Below, one piece after another: positions 18,757-36,181 of a DNA stretch of 64,000 nt. Under the pieces are notes generated by a model. That model ran no database searches, had not been told where the DNA came from, and saw only the letters and a program-made list of their open reading frames with translations. The number at the start of each line of letters is the position of its first letter. Within the stretch, counting starts at the first letter, position 1. Made by a program: the position numbers and the translations under genes. Origin of the DNA: Elusimicrobiota bacterium (GTDB lineage: Bacteria; Elusimicrobiota; Elusimicrobia; UBA1565); assembly GCA_043827405.1 (NCBI GenBank), contig JBDRPD010000012.1, forward strand, positions 1-64,000, read 5' to 3'.

Positions 18757-19310
18757 CAAACGACGGATTCTTTCACGGCAATCAGCCGGAGGACCTCGGC
18801 GCCGGACGCCGCATGCTGCAGCTGATCGATAAAGTCGGGCTGAAAGAGCGTCGACACGCCGCGCAGGAGATGCAGATGCTGGGTAAAGGACTCCTGCTTA
18901 TTAGGGGAGAAAAAAAGGAACATCGACCGAATGACCAGGTCCGTCTGGTTGGGATCAATCATGCCGCCGGGAACGATAGCGAAGATGGCGGCGATGTTCT
19001 TCAGCTCGTCCATGCGCGCATGCGGGACAGCGAGACCGGTATCCAATGTGGTGCTGATCCCCTGCTCGCGCTCCAGGACCTTCTTGAGAAAAGTCTCCGG
19101 TGCGCCGAGGCTGCGGCGCTCACACAAGCGCTTGACGAGCTGCCCGATCAGCTGCTCCTTGCTCAGCCCTTTCTCGGCGAAAACGATCAGGTCCTCGCTC
19201 AGCAGACGGCCGAGAGCCGGTCCTTTCCCCGAGCCGGAGCCCGCGGACTTGCGAAACCTATCGCCCGGCACGCCCTTGCTTTCTTTGCGGCCAAACCAGC
19301 CAAGTTCCAT
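18756..19310 (-). CDS. PTS EIIA domain protein (PtsN/fructose-mannitol type)
   Basis: EREQGISTTLDTGLAVPHAR phospho-His motif and the HLHLL segment. Confidence 0.88.
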   Translation of the reverse strand: MELGWFGRKESKGVPGDRFRKSAGSGSGKGPALGRLLSEDLIVFAEKGLSKEQLIGQLVKRLCERRSLGAPETFLKKVLEREQGISTTLDTGLAVPHARMDELKNIAAIFAIVPGGMIDPNQTDLVIRSMFLFFSPNKQESFTQHLHLLRGVSTLFQPDFIDQLQHAASGAEVLRLIAVKESVV

Positions 19311-19427
19311 ACGCGCGCACTATACAATATTTTCCATCCGTCGGATATGATTGGATGCGAATACGCCGCCTCCCGACCCCGGAATTGATTGACTAACGTT
19401 GTATTATTTATTAGCAATAAGCTAACA

Positions 19428-21005
19428 ATGCGCCGCCGACCCCTTGCCGGACAGTCGATCCTGCTTACCCGCCCCCGCGCGCAGTCCGCGCGCCTGGCCA
19501 AACTGCTGCGCTCCCAGGGCGCCCGCGTGCGAATCGCCCCGCTCATCAAAACCGCCGCGCCGCGCAGCTGGCGGCCCGCGGATCGCGCGCTGCGCCGCCT
19601 CGAGGCGTTCGACATCCTCATATTTACCAGCGCCAACGGCGTCGGCAGCTTCCTGTCCCGCGCCCGCGAGGTGCTCCGCCCCGCCGGGCTCGCGCGAGCT
19701 CTCGGCCGCCGCTCCCTGCGGGTGTACGCGATCGGACCCGCCACCGCGCGGGCGCTCGCCCAGCGCGGCATCCGCGGCGCCCGCATCCCCAACGAGCACG
19801 AGGGCGCCGCGCTGGCCCGCAGCATCCGGCAGGTTCGGGGACGCCGGGTTCTGCTGCCGCGGGCCGAAGTCGCGCGCGCCGACCTGCCGCGCATTCTCCG
19901 CGCGCTGGGCGCAAGCGTGACCGTCGCGCACTGCTACCGCACGGTTGCCGACCCCGCCGGCCGCCGGGCGGTCCAGGCGCTCCGCCGCGGGGGCGGCGTC
20001 GACTGGATCACCTTCACTTCCGCCTCCACGGTCGACCGCTTTTTCCAGGCGGCGGGACCGGCCGGCGCGCGCGCTCTCCTCGCGCGGGCGCGAGCCGCCT
20101 CCATCGGCCCCGTGACCACGGCGGCCCTCAAGCGCCGGGGAGCCGCGCCGGCCGTCGAAGCCGCCCCCTATACGGCCGAGGGTCTGGCGGCCGCGATCGC
20201 CGCCCGCAGCCGCAGCGTCCCGCTGCCGCCGCTGCGCAGCACGCTGCGCCGCGCCCTGCGGGAAGCGGGGGCTCTCGCGCGCCGGCACTACGGCCGCGTC
20301 AAGACGCGCTATAAAGGCCGAGCGAACCTCGTCACCCAGGCCGATCTCGAATGCGAGCAGCTGATTCTCGATATTATCCTCAAGCGGTTTCCGGATCACG
20401 ACTTTCTGGCCGAAGAGCGCCCCCCGCGCAAAAACGGCGCGGACTATCTCTGGGTCATCGACCCGATCGACGGAACGACCAACTACGCCCACGGCTACCC
20501 GGCCGGCTGCGTATCGATCGCTCTCGCCCGCCGGGGCGAAACGCTGCTCGGCGGCGTCTACGACTTCTATCGCGATGAGCTTTTCTTCGCGGAGAAAGGG
20601 CGCGGCGCCACGCTCAACGGGCGGCCCATTTCGGTAACGCGGACTCCAAGCCTGCGCACGGCGCTGCTGCTGACCGGCTTTCCCTACGACCGCGACAAGC
20701 GCGCGCGCTTCTATCTCGATATCTGCCGCACCTTTCTGCGCCAGGGCCACGGCCTGCGGCGCAGCGGCACCGCCGCGCTTGACCTCGCCTGGACCGCAGC
20801 CGGCCGCGTTGACGGCTACTGGGAGTTCAGGCTCAACCCCTGGGACGTGGCCGCCGGCGCGCTCCTCGTACGCGAAGCGGGGGGAAAGATCACCGATTTC
20901 ACCGACCGTCCGCTGCGCGACGCCGCCGGCGACGGCCCGACCACGCTCGCGACCAACGGCCGCATCCACGGTCAGATGCTGCGCATTCTAAGGGGGAAAA
21001 AGTAA
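19428..21005 (+). CDS. Fusion of uroporphyrinogen-III synthase (HemD) and inositol monophosphatase (SuhB-like)
   Basis: N-half: ILLTRP, IFTSANGV, AIGPAT, FTSASTV, SIGPVT. C-half: LAEE, WVIDPIDGTTNY, GTAALDL, WDVAAG. One uninterrupted ORF. Confidence 0.88.
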   Translation: MRRRPLAGQSILLTRPRAQSARLAKLLRSQGARVRIAPLIKTAAPRSWRPADRALRRLEAFDILIFTSANGVGSFLSRAREVLRPAGLARALGRRSLRVYAIGPATARALAQRGIRGARIPNEHEGAALARSIRQVRGRRVLLPRAEVARADLPRILRALGASVTVAHCYRTVADPAGRRAVQALRRGGGVDWITFTSASTVDRFFQAAGPAGARALLARARAASIGPVTTAALKRRGAAPAVEAAPYTAEGLAAAIAARSRSVPLPPLRSTLRRALREAGALARRHYGRVKTRYKGRANLVTQADLECEQLILDIILKRFPDHDFLAEERPPRKNGADYLWVIDPIDGTTNYAHGYPAGCVSIALARRGETLLGGVYDFYRDELFFAEKGRGATLNGRPISVTRTPSLRTALLLTGFPYDRDKRARFYLDICRTFLRQGHGLRRSGTAALDLAWTAAGRVDGYWEFRLNPWDVAAGALLVREAGGKITDFTDRPLRDAAGDGPTTLATNGRIHGQMLRILRGKK

Positions 21006-21007
21006 CC

Positions 21008-21352
21008 ATGCCCGATGAACCCGATTGTCCCGTTTGTCCCTACACTCCCATGGAGCAGGTCGATTCCGGCCAGGGCTTCGAAGTGGATGAATGCCCGCAC
21101 TGCGGCGGCCGCTGGTACGACGCCGGTGAACTCGAGCAGGTCGTCAAAAGCCCCGACAAGCTGCGCGCGTCGATGGAGGAAGGCCTTATCAAGCCTCGAC
21201 CGGGCGAAAGGATTTGTCCCACCTGCCGGGGGAAGCTCACCAATACCGGACTTATCAACCAGTTCCTGCGGGTGGATTTCTGCCATGTCTGCCGGGGTTT
21301 TTGGCTCGACAAGAATGAGATCGGCCTGGTCGACAAGCTGATCGACGCTTAA
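21008..21352 (+). CDS. Tandem zinc-ribbon (zf-TFIIB-like) protein
   Basis: CPVC..CPHCGGRWYDAGEL followed by CPTC..CHVCRGFWLDKNEI. Confidence 0.82.
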   Translation: MPDEPDCPVCPYTPMEQVDSGQGFEVDECPHCGGRWYDAGELEQVVKSPDKLRASMEEGLIKPRPGERICPTCRGKLTNTGLINQFLRVDFCHVCRGFWLDKNEIGLVDKLIDA

Positions 21353-21438
21353 CTCTCCCTAAAGACCCAGCACCTAAGGGCCTTCTGCCGGTCCGGATGG
21401 CCCATGTCCGTCGAACGCCGTCCTTCTACACTATAGGT

Positions 21439-22986
21439 ATGACGAGCCGACGCAGCCTAGCGCTCCTGCTGGCCGCCGTACTGGCCGGTCTCCCCGCCGC
21501 CGCCGCGGCGTCGAACTTCGCGGCCGCCGCCGCGAAAGGCACCACCGCGGCGGGACCGGCCGCGGCCGGCGCGGTCCCCGGCATCACCGGAGGGACCTCC
21601 GCCGTCCTCGACGGAGCGGTCCCATCTCTAGGCTCGATCACCTCGTCGCTCCCGGCCCTGAAAAAGCCGCCGGTCCTGCCGGCCGCGGATCAGCGGACCG
21701 CCAGAACCGCCCATTTCCTGCTGCGCGCACCGGAAACCGCCGCTGAGAACATACCGAAGTCCTCGCCGCAAACCGCGGCCGCGGCGGCCGAACAGGCCGC
21801 GGAGGTCCGCCCCGAAGCGGACGCCGGCGACACGGAAAACCACAGCGCGTTTTCCGGCCTATTCGACAATGCCTGGATTGGGAGCAAGGACGCCAATGAC
21901 CGCATGGGCAGAGATCCCGTACGCCTGCCCGGCGACCTCCTCAGCGACCGCCGCAAACTCGATTGGGTCTCGGTAATCCGGCCCACGCACCGCCCGGACA
22001 TTGTCGTCAAGCGGTTCTCATCCTCTCTCGGCTCAGGCAACGCGAAGCGGGCGGCGCAAAACGAGCTGATCTCGCGGCTGTTCATGACGGAGGAGCGCTT
22101 CCGGCCCTTCTTTGAACCCTTCCTCGGCATCGCCCCGGCTTTCGCCTACAACCCCTCCCGCCTGCCGCTGCTGCGGCCTTCCAGCCGGGCCGTAGTCGTA
22201 ATGCGCTCGGTGCCGGGGACGCCTCTGGGCCGCGTCCCGCATGAGGATTCCGCGAAAGCGATCCCGATCAAAACCATGCAGGCGCTCTTTCTCGCGGCCC
22301 AGGCTTTGGGTCTCAGCGACATGAATTGGCTGGGCGTTCTCGTCGACCAAACAGGCCGCTATCGCATTATCGACACCGAGCAGGCGCGGCGGCGCGCGGT
22401 GCCCAATCCATCGCTGATCGGAGCCTTCGATATGCCATGGGTGAGCGGAGAATTTCTCAACCGACCCGAAATGTTCGACGCCGTCGCGGCGTTTCGCGAA
22501 GTATTTGAGCGCCCCGACACCGATGACGTCTTGCGCCGCCTGCTGGCCAAGGCCGGGCTCGGCAAGAGCGATGCGCAACAGTACATCGGGCTGATCCGCG
22601 AGAACGTAAAGGACATGACCGCGGTATTAAAAAATGACATGACCGTCTCCAACAGGAGCTTCCTTGAGCGCGCCGCACAGGGAGGGCTGCAGGAAGCCGG
22701 CGCCGAGCTGCTCAGCGGCATCAACGAATCTCTGCATACGGCGCATGATCCCGGCCGCCGCCTAATCGCCATGACGCAGCGGGAGCTGATCCGTATGCTC
22801 AACCGCAGCCTCGGCGGTCCCGTATCGCGCTCTTTCCTGCTGGAGCCCGCGGAACTGGCGTTCCTGCTCACGCGGCAAACGGTCGGCGCAAGCCTGCAAG
22901 ACGCTTTCGTCCCCGGCACGATAAGAGACCGGCGGACCGCCCAAGCGATCGAAGATCTGGCGGCGGGGATTGCGCGGGCGCTTTAA
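21439..22986 (+). CDS. Secreted hypothetical protein with a possible atypical kinase-like domain
   Basis: Signal peptide, A/P-rich linker, then VVKRF...NELI...LSDMNWLGVLVD...RIIDTE. Confidence 0.6.
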   Translation: MTSRRSLALLLAAVLAGLPAAAAASNFAAAAAKGTTAAGPAAAGAVPGITGGTSAVLDGAVPSLGSITSSLPALKKPPVLPAADQRTARTAHFLLRAPETAAENIPKSSPQTAAAAAEQAAEVRPEADAGDTENHSAFSGLFDNAWIGSKDANDRMGRDPVRLPGDLLSDRRKLDWVSVIRPTHRPDIVVKRFSSSLGSGNAKRAAQNELISRLFMTEERFRPFFEPFLGIAPAFAYNPSRLPLLRPSSRAVVVMRSVPGTPLGRVPHEDSAKAIPIKTMQALFLAAQALGLSDMNWLGVLVDQTGRYRIIDTEQARRRAVPNPSLIGAFDMPWVSGEFLNRPEMFDAVAAFREVFERPDTDDVLRRLLAKAGLGKSDAQQYIGLIRENVKDMTAVLKNDMTVSNRSFLERAAQGGLQEAGAELLSGINESLHTAHDPGRRLIAMTQRELIRMLNRSLGGPVSRSFLLEPAELAFLLTRQTVGASLQDAFVPGTIRDRRTAQAIEDLAAGIARAL

Positions 22987-22988
22987 AG

Positions 22989-23969
22989 CTAGAAGGTATA
23001 GCCGATGGAGATGCGGTGCGTCATGCCCAGATCGCCGAGCGGCACCCAGGCATAGTCGATGCGCAGCGGACGCAGGCCGAAACCGAAGCCCGCGGTAAAG
23101 CCGGTCAGACCGTCGACGTCGCGCTCATTGCGCACATTGTAGCCGGCGCGGATGGATAAGAGCATCTCCTGGCCGAGCGGCTGAGCAAACTCCGCCCCCA
23201 TCGACGCATAGGGGCTCTCATCTACGGGCAGGTGCCCGTCGAGCGAGGTCTGCAGCCGCGGGCTGACATGCCACAGCGCGCCCAGCTGCAGTTTAAACGG
23301 CAGCGGATCAGCCACCGAACCCATACGGATCGGCGGGCCCAGATTGGTCAGGCTCAGGCCGATATCCATGGCGCCCTCGCCGACATCGGTAACGCGCTCC
23401 AGCTGCAGCCCGAGATCAAGAGCGAACGACGTGCCGGAGGCATCCGAGAGCTTCGAGCGGATCACCTTAAGCGTACTGCCGAGCCCGAGGCGCCCCAGCC
23501 GCCGCGCGTATGCGCCGGCCAAGGCGAAGTCATAGGGCTTAAACTCGCCGTCGGGATCGCCGAGCGGCGAATAGCCCCGGATGGCCGACTGCGAGAAAAA
23601 TATCAGCGAGGTGGCGAAAACGCCGCGCTCTTCGGAGAAGGGATGGGCATAGGCGAGAGTGCTGGCATAGGAGGTTTCCAGCAGATGGTTGTAGCTGAAG
23701 CTGAAGTCGTCAAGGCCGGCGGCCTGCATGCGCGCCAAACCGGCGGGGTTCCAGAATATCGCTTCGGAACCGTTGGCGCCCGCCGTGTACGCGGAGCCGA
23801 GCGCCATCACCCGCGCACTGGCCGGCAGCTTCAGGAAGACCGCGCCGGTCGTGCCGGCGGCCTTGTTCGAAAACGCGGAAGCCGGGAACACCTTGCCCGC
23901 CGCGCGTCCCGGGAATACGGCAGCGGTGAGTCCCAAACAGCAGACGAGGGCGGTGCGGCGCGCGGACAC
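22989..23969 (-). CDS. PorV/PorQ-like (UPF0164-type) outer-membrane barrel
   Basis: GTG at 23969, signal peptide, FLKLPASARVMALG, IFWNPAGL and C-terminal DYAWVPLGDLGMTHRISIGYTF. Confidence 0.85.
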   Translation of the reverse strand: MSARRTALVCCLGLTAAVFPGRAAGKVFPASAFSNKAAGTTGAVFLKLPASARVMALGSAYTAGANGSEAIFWNPAGLARMQAAGLDDFSFSYNHLLETSYASTLAYAHPFSEERGVFATSLIFFSQSAIRGYSPLGDPDGEFKPYDFALAGAYARRLGRLGLGSTLKVIRSKLSDASGTSFALDLGLQLERVTDVGEGAMDIGLSLTNLGPPIRMGSVADPLPFKLQLGALWHVSPRLQTSLDGHLPVDESPYASMGAEFAQPLGQEMLLSIRAGYNVRNERDVDGLTGFTAGFGFGLRPLRIDYAWVPLGDLGMTHRISIGYTF

Positions 23970-23973
23970 TTTG

Positions 23974-24996
23974 TCAGACGGGCCAGACCGGCCCCTTGCC
24001 GGTCGGCTTGAGGATATCGTCTTCCGGTGGTTCCGCCGGCTTCTTGTCCGGAGCCTTCGCCGCGGGGGCAGCGGGCTTCGTCTGCGACGCCGCGCCGCCG
24101 ACGCTCTCCAGCCGCATCTCCAGCGTGCTCGCGATATCATGCGCCGCCTGGTCCGCTATGTCGACGACGGGCTTGGCGACAGGCGCGGGCGCAGGCGCGG
24201 CCTTCGCCGGCGGATTCGGCTCATTGGCCATCGACAGCTCGATGCCCGGCTTGGGATCCAGGGAAGAAGCGCTCAGTTCTACGTCGATTACAGGAGCGGG
24301 TTTCGGCGCCGGAGCAGGAGCAGGTTTCGGCGCGGGAGCAGGAGCGGGCTTCGCCGCCGCGGGCGCCGGCGCCGGTTTCGGCGCGGGTGCGGGTGCGGGT
24401 TTCGGTGCGGGCTTAGGAGCCGGCGCTGGCGCCGGCTTGCTTACAGCTGCGGGCATCGGCTTCGGCGCGGGGTTAGCCCCGCTCGCTGCGCTTACGACTC
24501 CGCGCTCCGCGATCTTCTTGACGACTGCGAGCAGTTCCTTGAACTGCTTGTCATGTGATTGAGAGGCGCCCAGCATCTCGGTCCGCAAGTCATGCAGTTC
24601 TTTTTCGAAGTTCCCGATTTGCTGCTTGAGATTCTGCAGATAGACGATAGCCGGGCTGATGCCGCCGGTAGTCGTCGCGCCTTTATCTTCGGCCGGTTTT
24701 TTCGCGGGCTTCTCCGGCTCCGGATCCTTGGCCGCTTCTTTCCTCTCTACTACCGGCTCAACTTCCGCCGGCTTCTCATCTACCGCTTCGTCTTCCGGCT
24801 CCGGCTCTTCATCGACGACCTTGACCGGCTCGTCGGGAAACTCCTCCGGCTTGTCCGTCGGGGGAAGCACCATCGGCGGGTCGTAAACCGGAGCCTGCTT
24901 GAAGCGGGTTATTAGGAAGGGCAGGGCACCGCCGCTTAGCACGATACCCGCCACGCTGCCGATGAACTTCCAATCGGTAAAGAAATTGGTATCCAT
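23974..24996 (-). CDS. Hypothetical single-pass membrane protein with coiled coil and Pro/Ala/Lys repeats
   Basis: N-terminal TM helix, acidic region, coiled-coil-like LQNLKQQIGNFEKELHDLR, and PKPAPAPA repeats. Confidence 0.75.
   Translation of the reverse strand: MDTNFFTDWKFIGSVAGIVLSGGALPFLITRFKQAPVYDPPMVLPPTDKPEEFPDEPVKVVDEEPEPEDEAVDEKPAEVEPVVERKEAAKDPEPEKPAKKPAEDKGATTTGGISPAIVYLQNLKQQIGNFEKELHDLRTEMLGASQSHDKQFKELLAVVKKIAERGVVSAASGANPAPKPMPAAVSKPAPAPAPKPAPKPAPAPAPKPAPAPAAAKPAPAPAPKPAPAPAPKPAPVIDVELSASSLDPKPGIELSMANEPNPPAKAAPAPAPVAKPVVDIADQAAHDIASTLEMRLESVGGAASQTKPAAPAAKAPDKKPAEPPEDDILKPTGKGPVWPV
24290..24470 (-). repeat. Coding tandem repeat (PKPAPAPA-like units)
   Basis: Repeated ttcggcgc/ttcggtgc units on the + strand encoding KPAPAPAP. 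Confidence 0.75.
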
Positions 24997-25206
24997 TAGT
25001 AGTGAAGTGTATTGTAAAAAAAGTCATGTGTCAACACGCGAAAGAACGACTGCGAAAGGAGAGGGCCGCGACCGGAGGCTTAACCCCTAAAGTCTGGCAC
25101 CATGTAGAGGCAGGAAGACCTATGATCCGCATATTGAGCGTGATCAAGGCCTTCAATGCGGAATTTATTCTATGCTTTAAGCACTTAAGTTTGGCACTTG
25201 GGCACA

Positions 25207-25235
25207 TTGACCGCTTGCCGGTCATTTGCTAGGAT
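25207..25235 (+). promoter_or_regulatory. Sigma70-type promoter upstream of the PKS
   Basis: TTGACC-N17-TAGGAT with an extended -10 TG. Confidence 0.5.
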
Positions 25236-25349
25236 TTGGCGCCTTCAACGGACCGCTTAACGCAGCAGACTGCTTTCGCCGTTCATGTATTAATTTCTTC
25301 TATAATTCACTTTAAGCAGCCGGCACAGAATCAGAGGAATCCCGCATAT

Positions 25350-33883
<8,534 letters not shown>

Positions 33884-33887
<4 letters not shown>

Positions 33888-34594
33888 AAAAGCCCTACCG
33901 CTACGAGCTCTGCTCGCCGCAGGAAGCGGACAAACTCATGCGCCGCGTCGAGAAGAACGGCGCCGAGAACGTGCTGAGCTACGCGGAAAGCGATATCGTC
34001 CGCAGCTTCAAGTCCGAGAAGCGCCGCCGCGACTGGCTCGCGGGACGCCTCGCGGCGAAGCGCCTGCTGCGCACCGGCTTCCTAATGAAAGGGAACCGCC
34101 TGTCCCTGCCGGAGATTGAGATACTCAACCACCCGGACGGGGCGCCCTATATCCGTTTGCCCGGGGTCAAGGAATACCGGGAACAGCCCCTCTCGATCAC
34201 CCATGCCGGCAACGGCCCCATCGGCGGAGCGGCCACCGCGGAAAAGGATACGCTCATCGGCATCGATATCGAAACCAACGAGCCCCGCGACCGCTCATTC
34301 CTGGAATTGATGGCGCATCCCAGCGAGCGCGACCAGAAGTTCCACGACGATTCGGCCGAGCAGACGCGCATCTGGACCCTGAAGGAAAGCGTTTCCAAGC
34401 TGCTCGGAACCGGATTTTCCGTCGGCTTCTGGGAGATTCGTTTCCCGGTAAACGGCACGCGCCGCCTCGAGCTGCACGGCGGCGCGTACGAGAGCTGGGA
34501 ACGCCTCGGCAAGCCCGTCATCCGCTTCGACTCCTTCGCGCGAGACGCGCACATTATGAGCATCGCCTATACCGCAGGAGACTCCCATGCCTGA
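33884..34594 (+). CDS. 4'-phosphopantetheinyl transferase (Sfp-like)
   Basis: ATGA overlap with the PKS stop. WLAGRLAAK, GAP, SITH, GIDIE and WTLKES. Confidence 0.88.
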
Positions 34595-36179
34595 GATTAG
34601 ATCCGTTCGCAAGCGCAAACACCGCGCGACGCCCGCCAACCTCAAGGAAATGCGCCAAGTCATGGAGAAGGCCCTGGCGGGGGGAGATCCCTCCCGGGTC
34701 AAGGCGCAGAAGGCCAAGGGCAAGCTCACCGCCCGCGAACGCATCCTGTACCTGCTCGACGAAGACTCTTTCCAGGAGACGGACCTCCTCATTAAAACGC
34801 GCAGCCACGACTACAATCTGCAGGACAAGGATATCCCGGGCGACGGCTGCATCACGGGCTTTGGACGCATCGGCGGGCGCGGGGTATGCGTCTTCTCGCA
34901 GGACTTCACCATCCTCGGCGGCTCGCTGGGCCTAGCGCATGCCAAGAAGATCTGCAAGATCATGGACCTCGCCTACGACAACCGGGTGCCGCTCGTCGGC
35001 CTGCTCGATTCCGGCGGCGCGCGCATTCAAGAAGGCGTCGACTCGCTCGACGGCTACGCCGAGATTTTCTACCGCAACGTAAAATGCTCCGGCGTGATCC
35101 CGCAGATCTCGGTCATCCTCGGTCCCTGCGCCGGCGGCGCCGTCTACTCGCCCGCGCTGACCGACTTCGTCTTCATGGTCGAGGGCATCTCGAACATGTA
35201 CGTGACGGGACCCGCCGTGGTCAAAGCCGCGACCGGCGAGGACGTCTCGTTCGAGGAGCTGGGCGGAGGCCGGACGCACTCCGAGATATCCGGCAACTGC
35301 CACGTCCTCGCCAACTCCGAGCCCGACTGCTTCCGCAAGGTGCGCGAGCTCCTGTCCTACCTGCCGCAGAACCGCGACGAGAAACCGCCGCGCGTCGCCA
35401 ACCCCGATCCGGTGCGCCGCATGACGCCGATCCTGGAAGCCATGTGCGAAGTGGACCCGCGCAAGCCCTACCGCATCACCCACGTCATTTGGCAGGTCGC
35501 CGACGAGCACAAGTTCCTCGAGATCATGCATGACTTCGCCAAGAACCTCGTCATCGGCTTCATGCGCCTGGGCGGCGACGTCGTGGGCGTGGTCGCCAAC
35601 AATCCGCAGGTCAAGGCGGGCGCGCTCGACATCGACGCCTCGGACAAAGCGGCGCGTTTCATCCGCTTCCTCAACGCCTTCAATATCCCGATCGTAACCT
35701 TGGTCGACGTCCCCGGCTATTGGCCCGGCGTCGAGCAGGAGCACGGCGGCATCATCCGTCACGGCGCCAAAATCCTGCACGCCTACGCCGAAGCGACGGT
35801 GCCGAAGATCGCGGTCGTCCTGCGCAAGGCCTACGGCGGCGCCTATATCGCCATGAGCTCCAAGTACCTGGGCTCCGACTTCAACTTCTCGCTGCCCAGC
35901 GCCGAGATCGCGGTGATGGGGCCGCGCGGCGCCATCGACATATTGGAGAAAAGACGGATTTTGGCCGCCGCCCCGGAGGACCGGGAGAGGATCCAGGCGG
36001 AGCTCACCGCGGAGTACAAGCAGAAGTTCGCCTCGCCCTACCAGACGGCCTCAACCGGCTCGGTCGACGAGGTAATCGAGCCGTCGCAGATCCGCTACAA
36101 GGTGATCCGCGCCCTGCGCTTCCTGCGCGACAAGAGGAAGCCCGGCCAGCACGTCAACCGCGGCAATATCCCGCTGTAA
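34587..36179 (+). CDS. Acyl-CoA carboxylase carboxyltransferase (beta) subunit, PccB/AccD-like
   Basis: GKLTARERI, DSGGARIQEG, GPCAGGAVYSPA, DVPGY, RKAYGGAY and terminal GNIPL. Confidence 0.94.
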   Translation: MPEIRSVRKRKHRATPANLKEMRQVMEKALAGGDPSRVKAQKAKGKLTARERILYLLDEDSFQETDLLIKTRSHDYNLQDKDIPGDGCITGFGRIGGRGVCVFSQDFTILGGSLGLAHAKKICKIMDLAYDNRVPLVGLLDSGGARIQEGVDSLDGYAEIFYRNVKCSGVIPQISVILGPCAGGAVYSPALTDFVFMVEGISNMYVTGPAVVKAATGEDVSFEELGGGRTHSEISGNCHVLANSEPDCFRKVRELLSYLPQNRDEKPPRVANPDPVRRMTPILEAMCEVDPRKPYRITHVIWQVADEHKFLEIMHDFAKNLVIGFMRLGGDVVGVVANNPQVKAGALDIDASDKAARFIRFLNAFNIPIVTLVDVPGYWPGVEQEHGGIIRHGAKILHAYAEATVPKIAVVLRKAYGGAYIAMSSKYLGSDFNFSLPSAEIAVMGPRGAIDILEKRRILAAAPEDRERIQAELTAEYKQKFASPYQTASTGSVDEVIEPSQIRYKVIRALRFLRDKRKPGQHVNRGNIPL

Positions 36180-36181
36180 GG

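Noticed and set aside
25190..25216. Sigma54 promoter upstream of the PKS (TGGCAC/GGCAC)
   Set aside because: No TTGC at the correct spacing; a sigma70-like TTGACC-N17-TAGGAT fits better.
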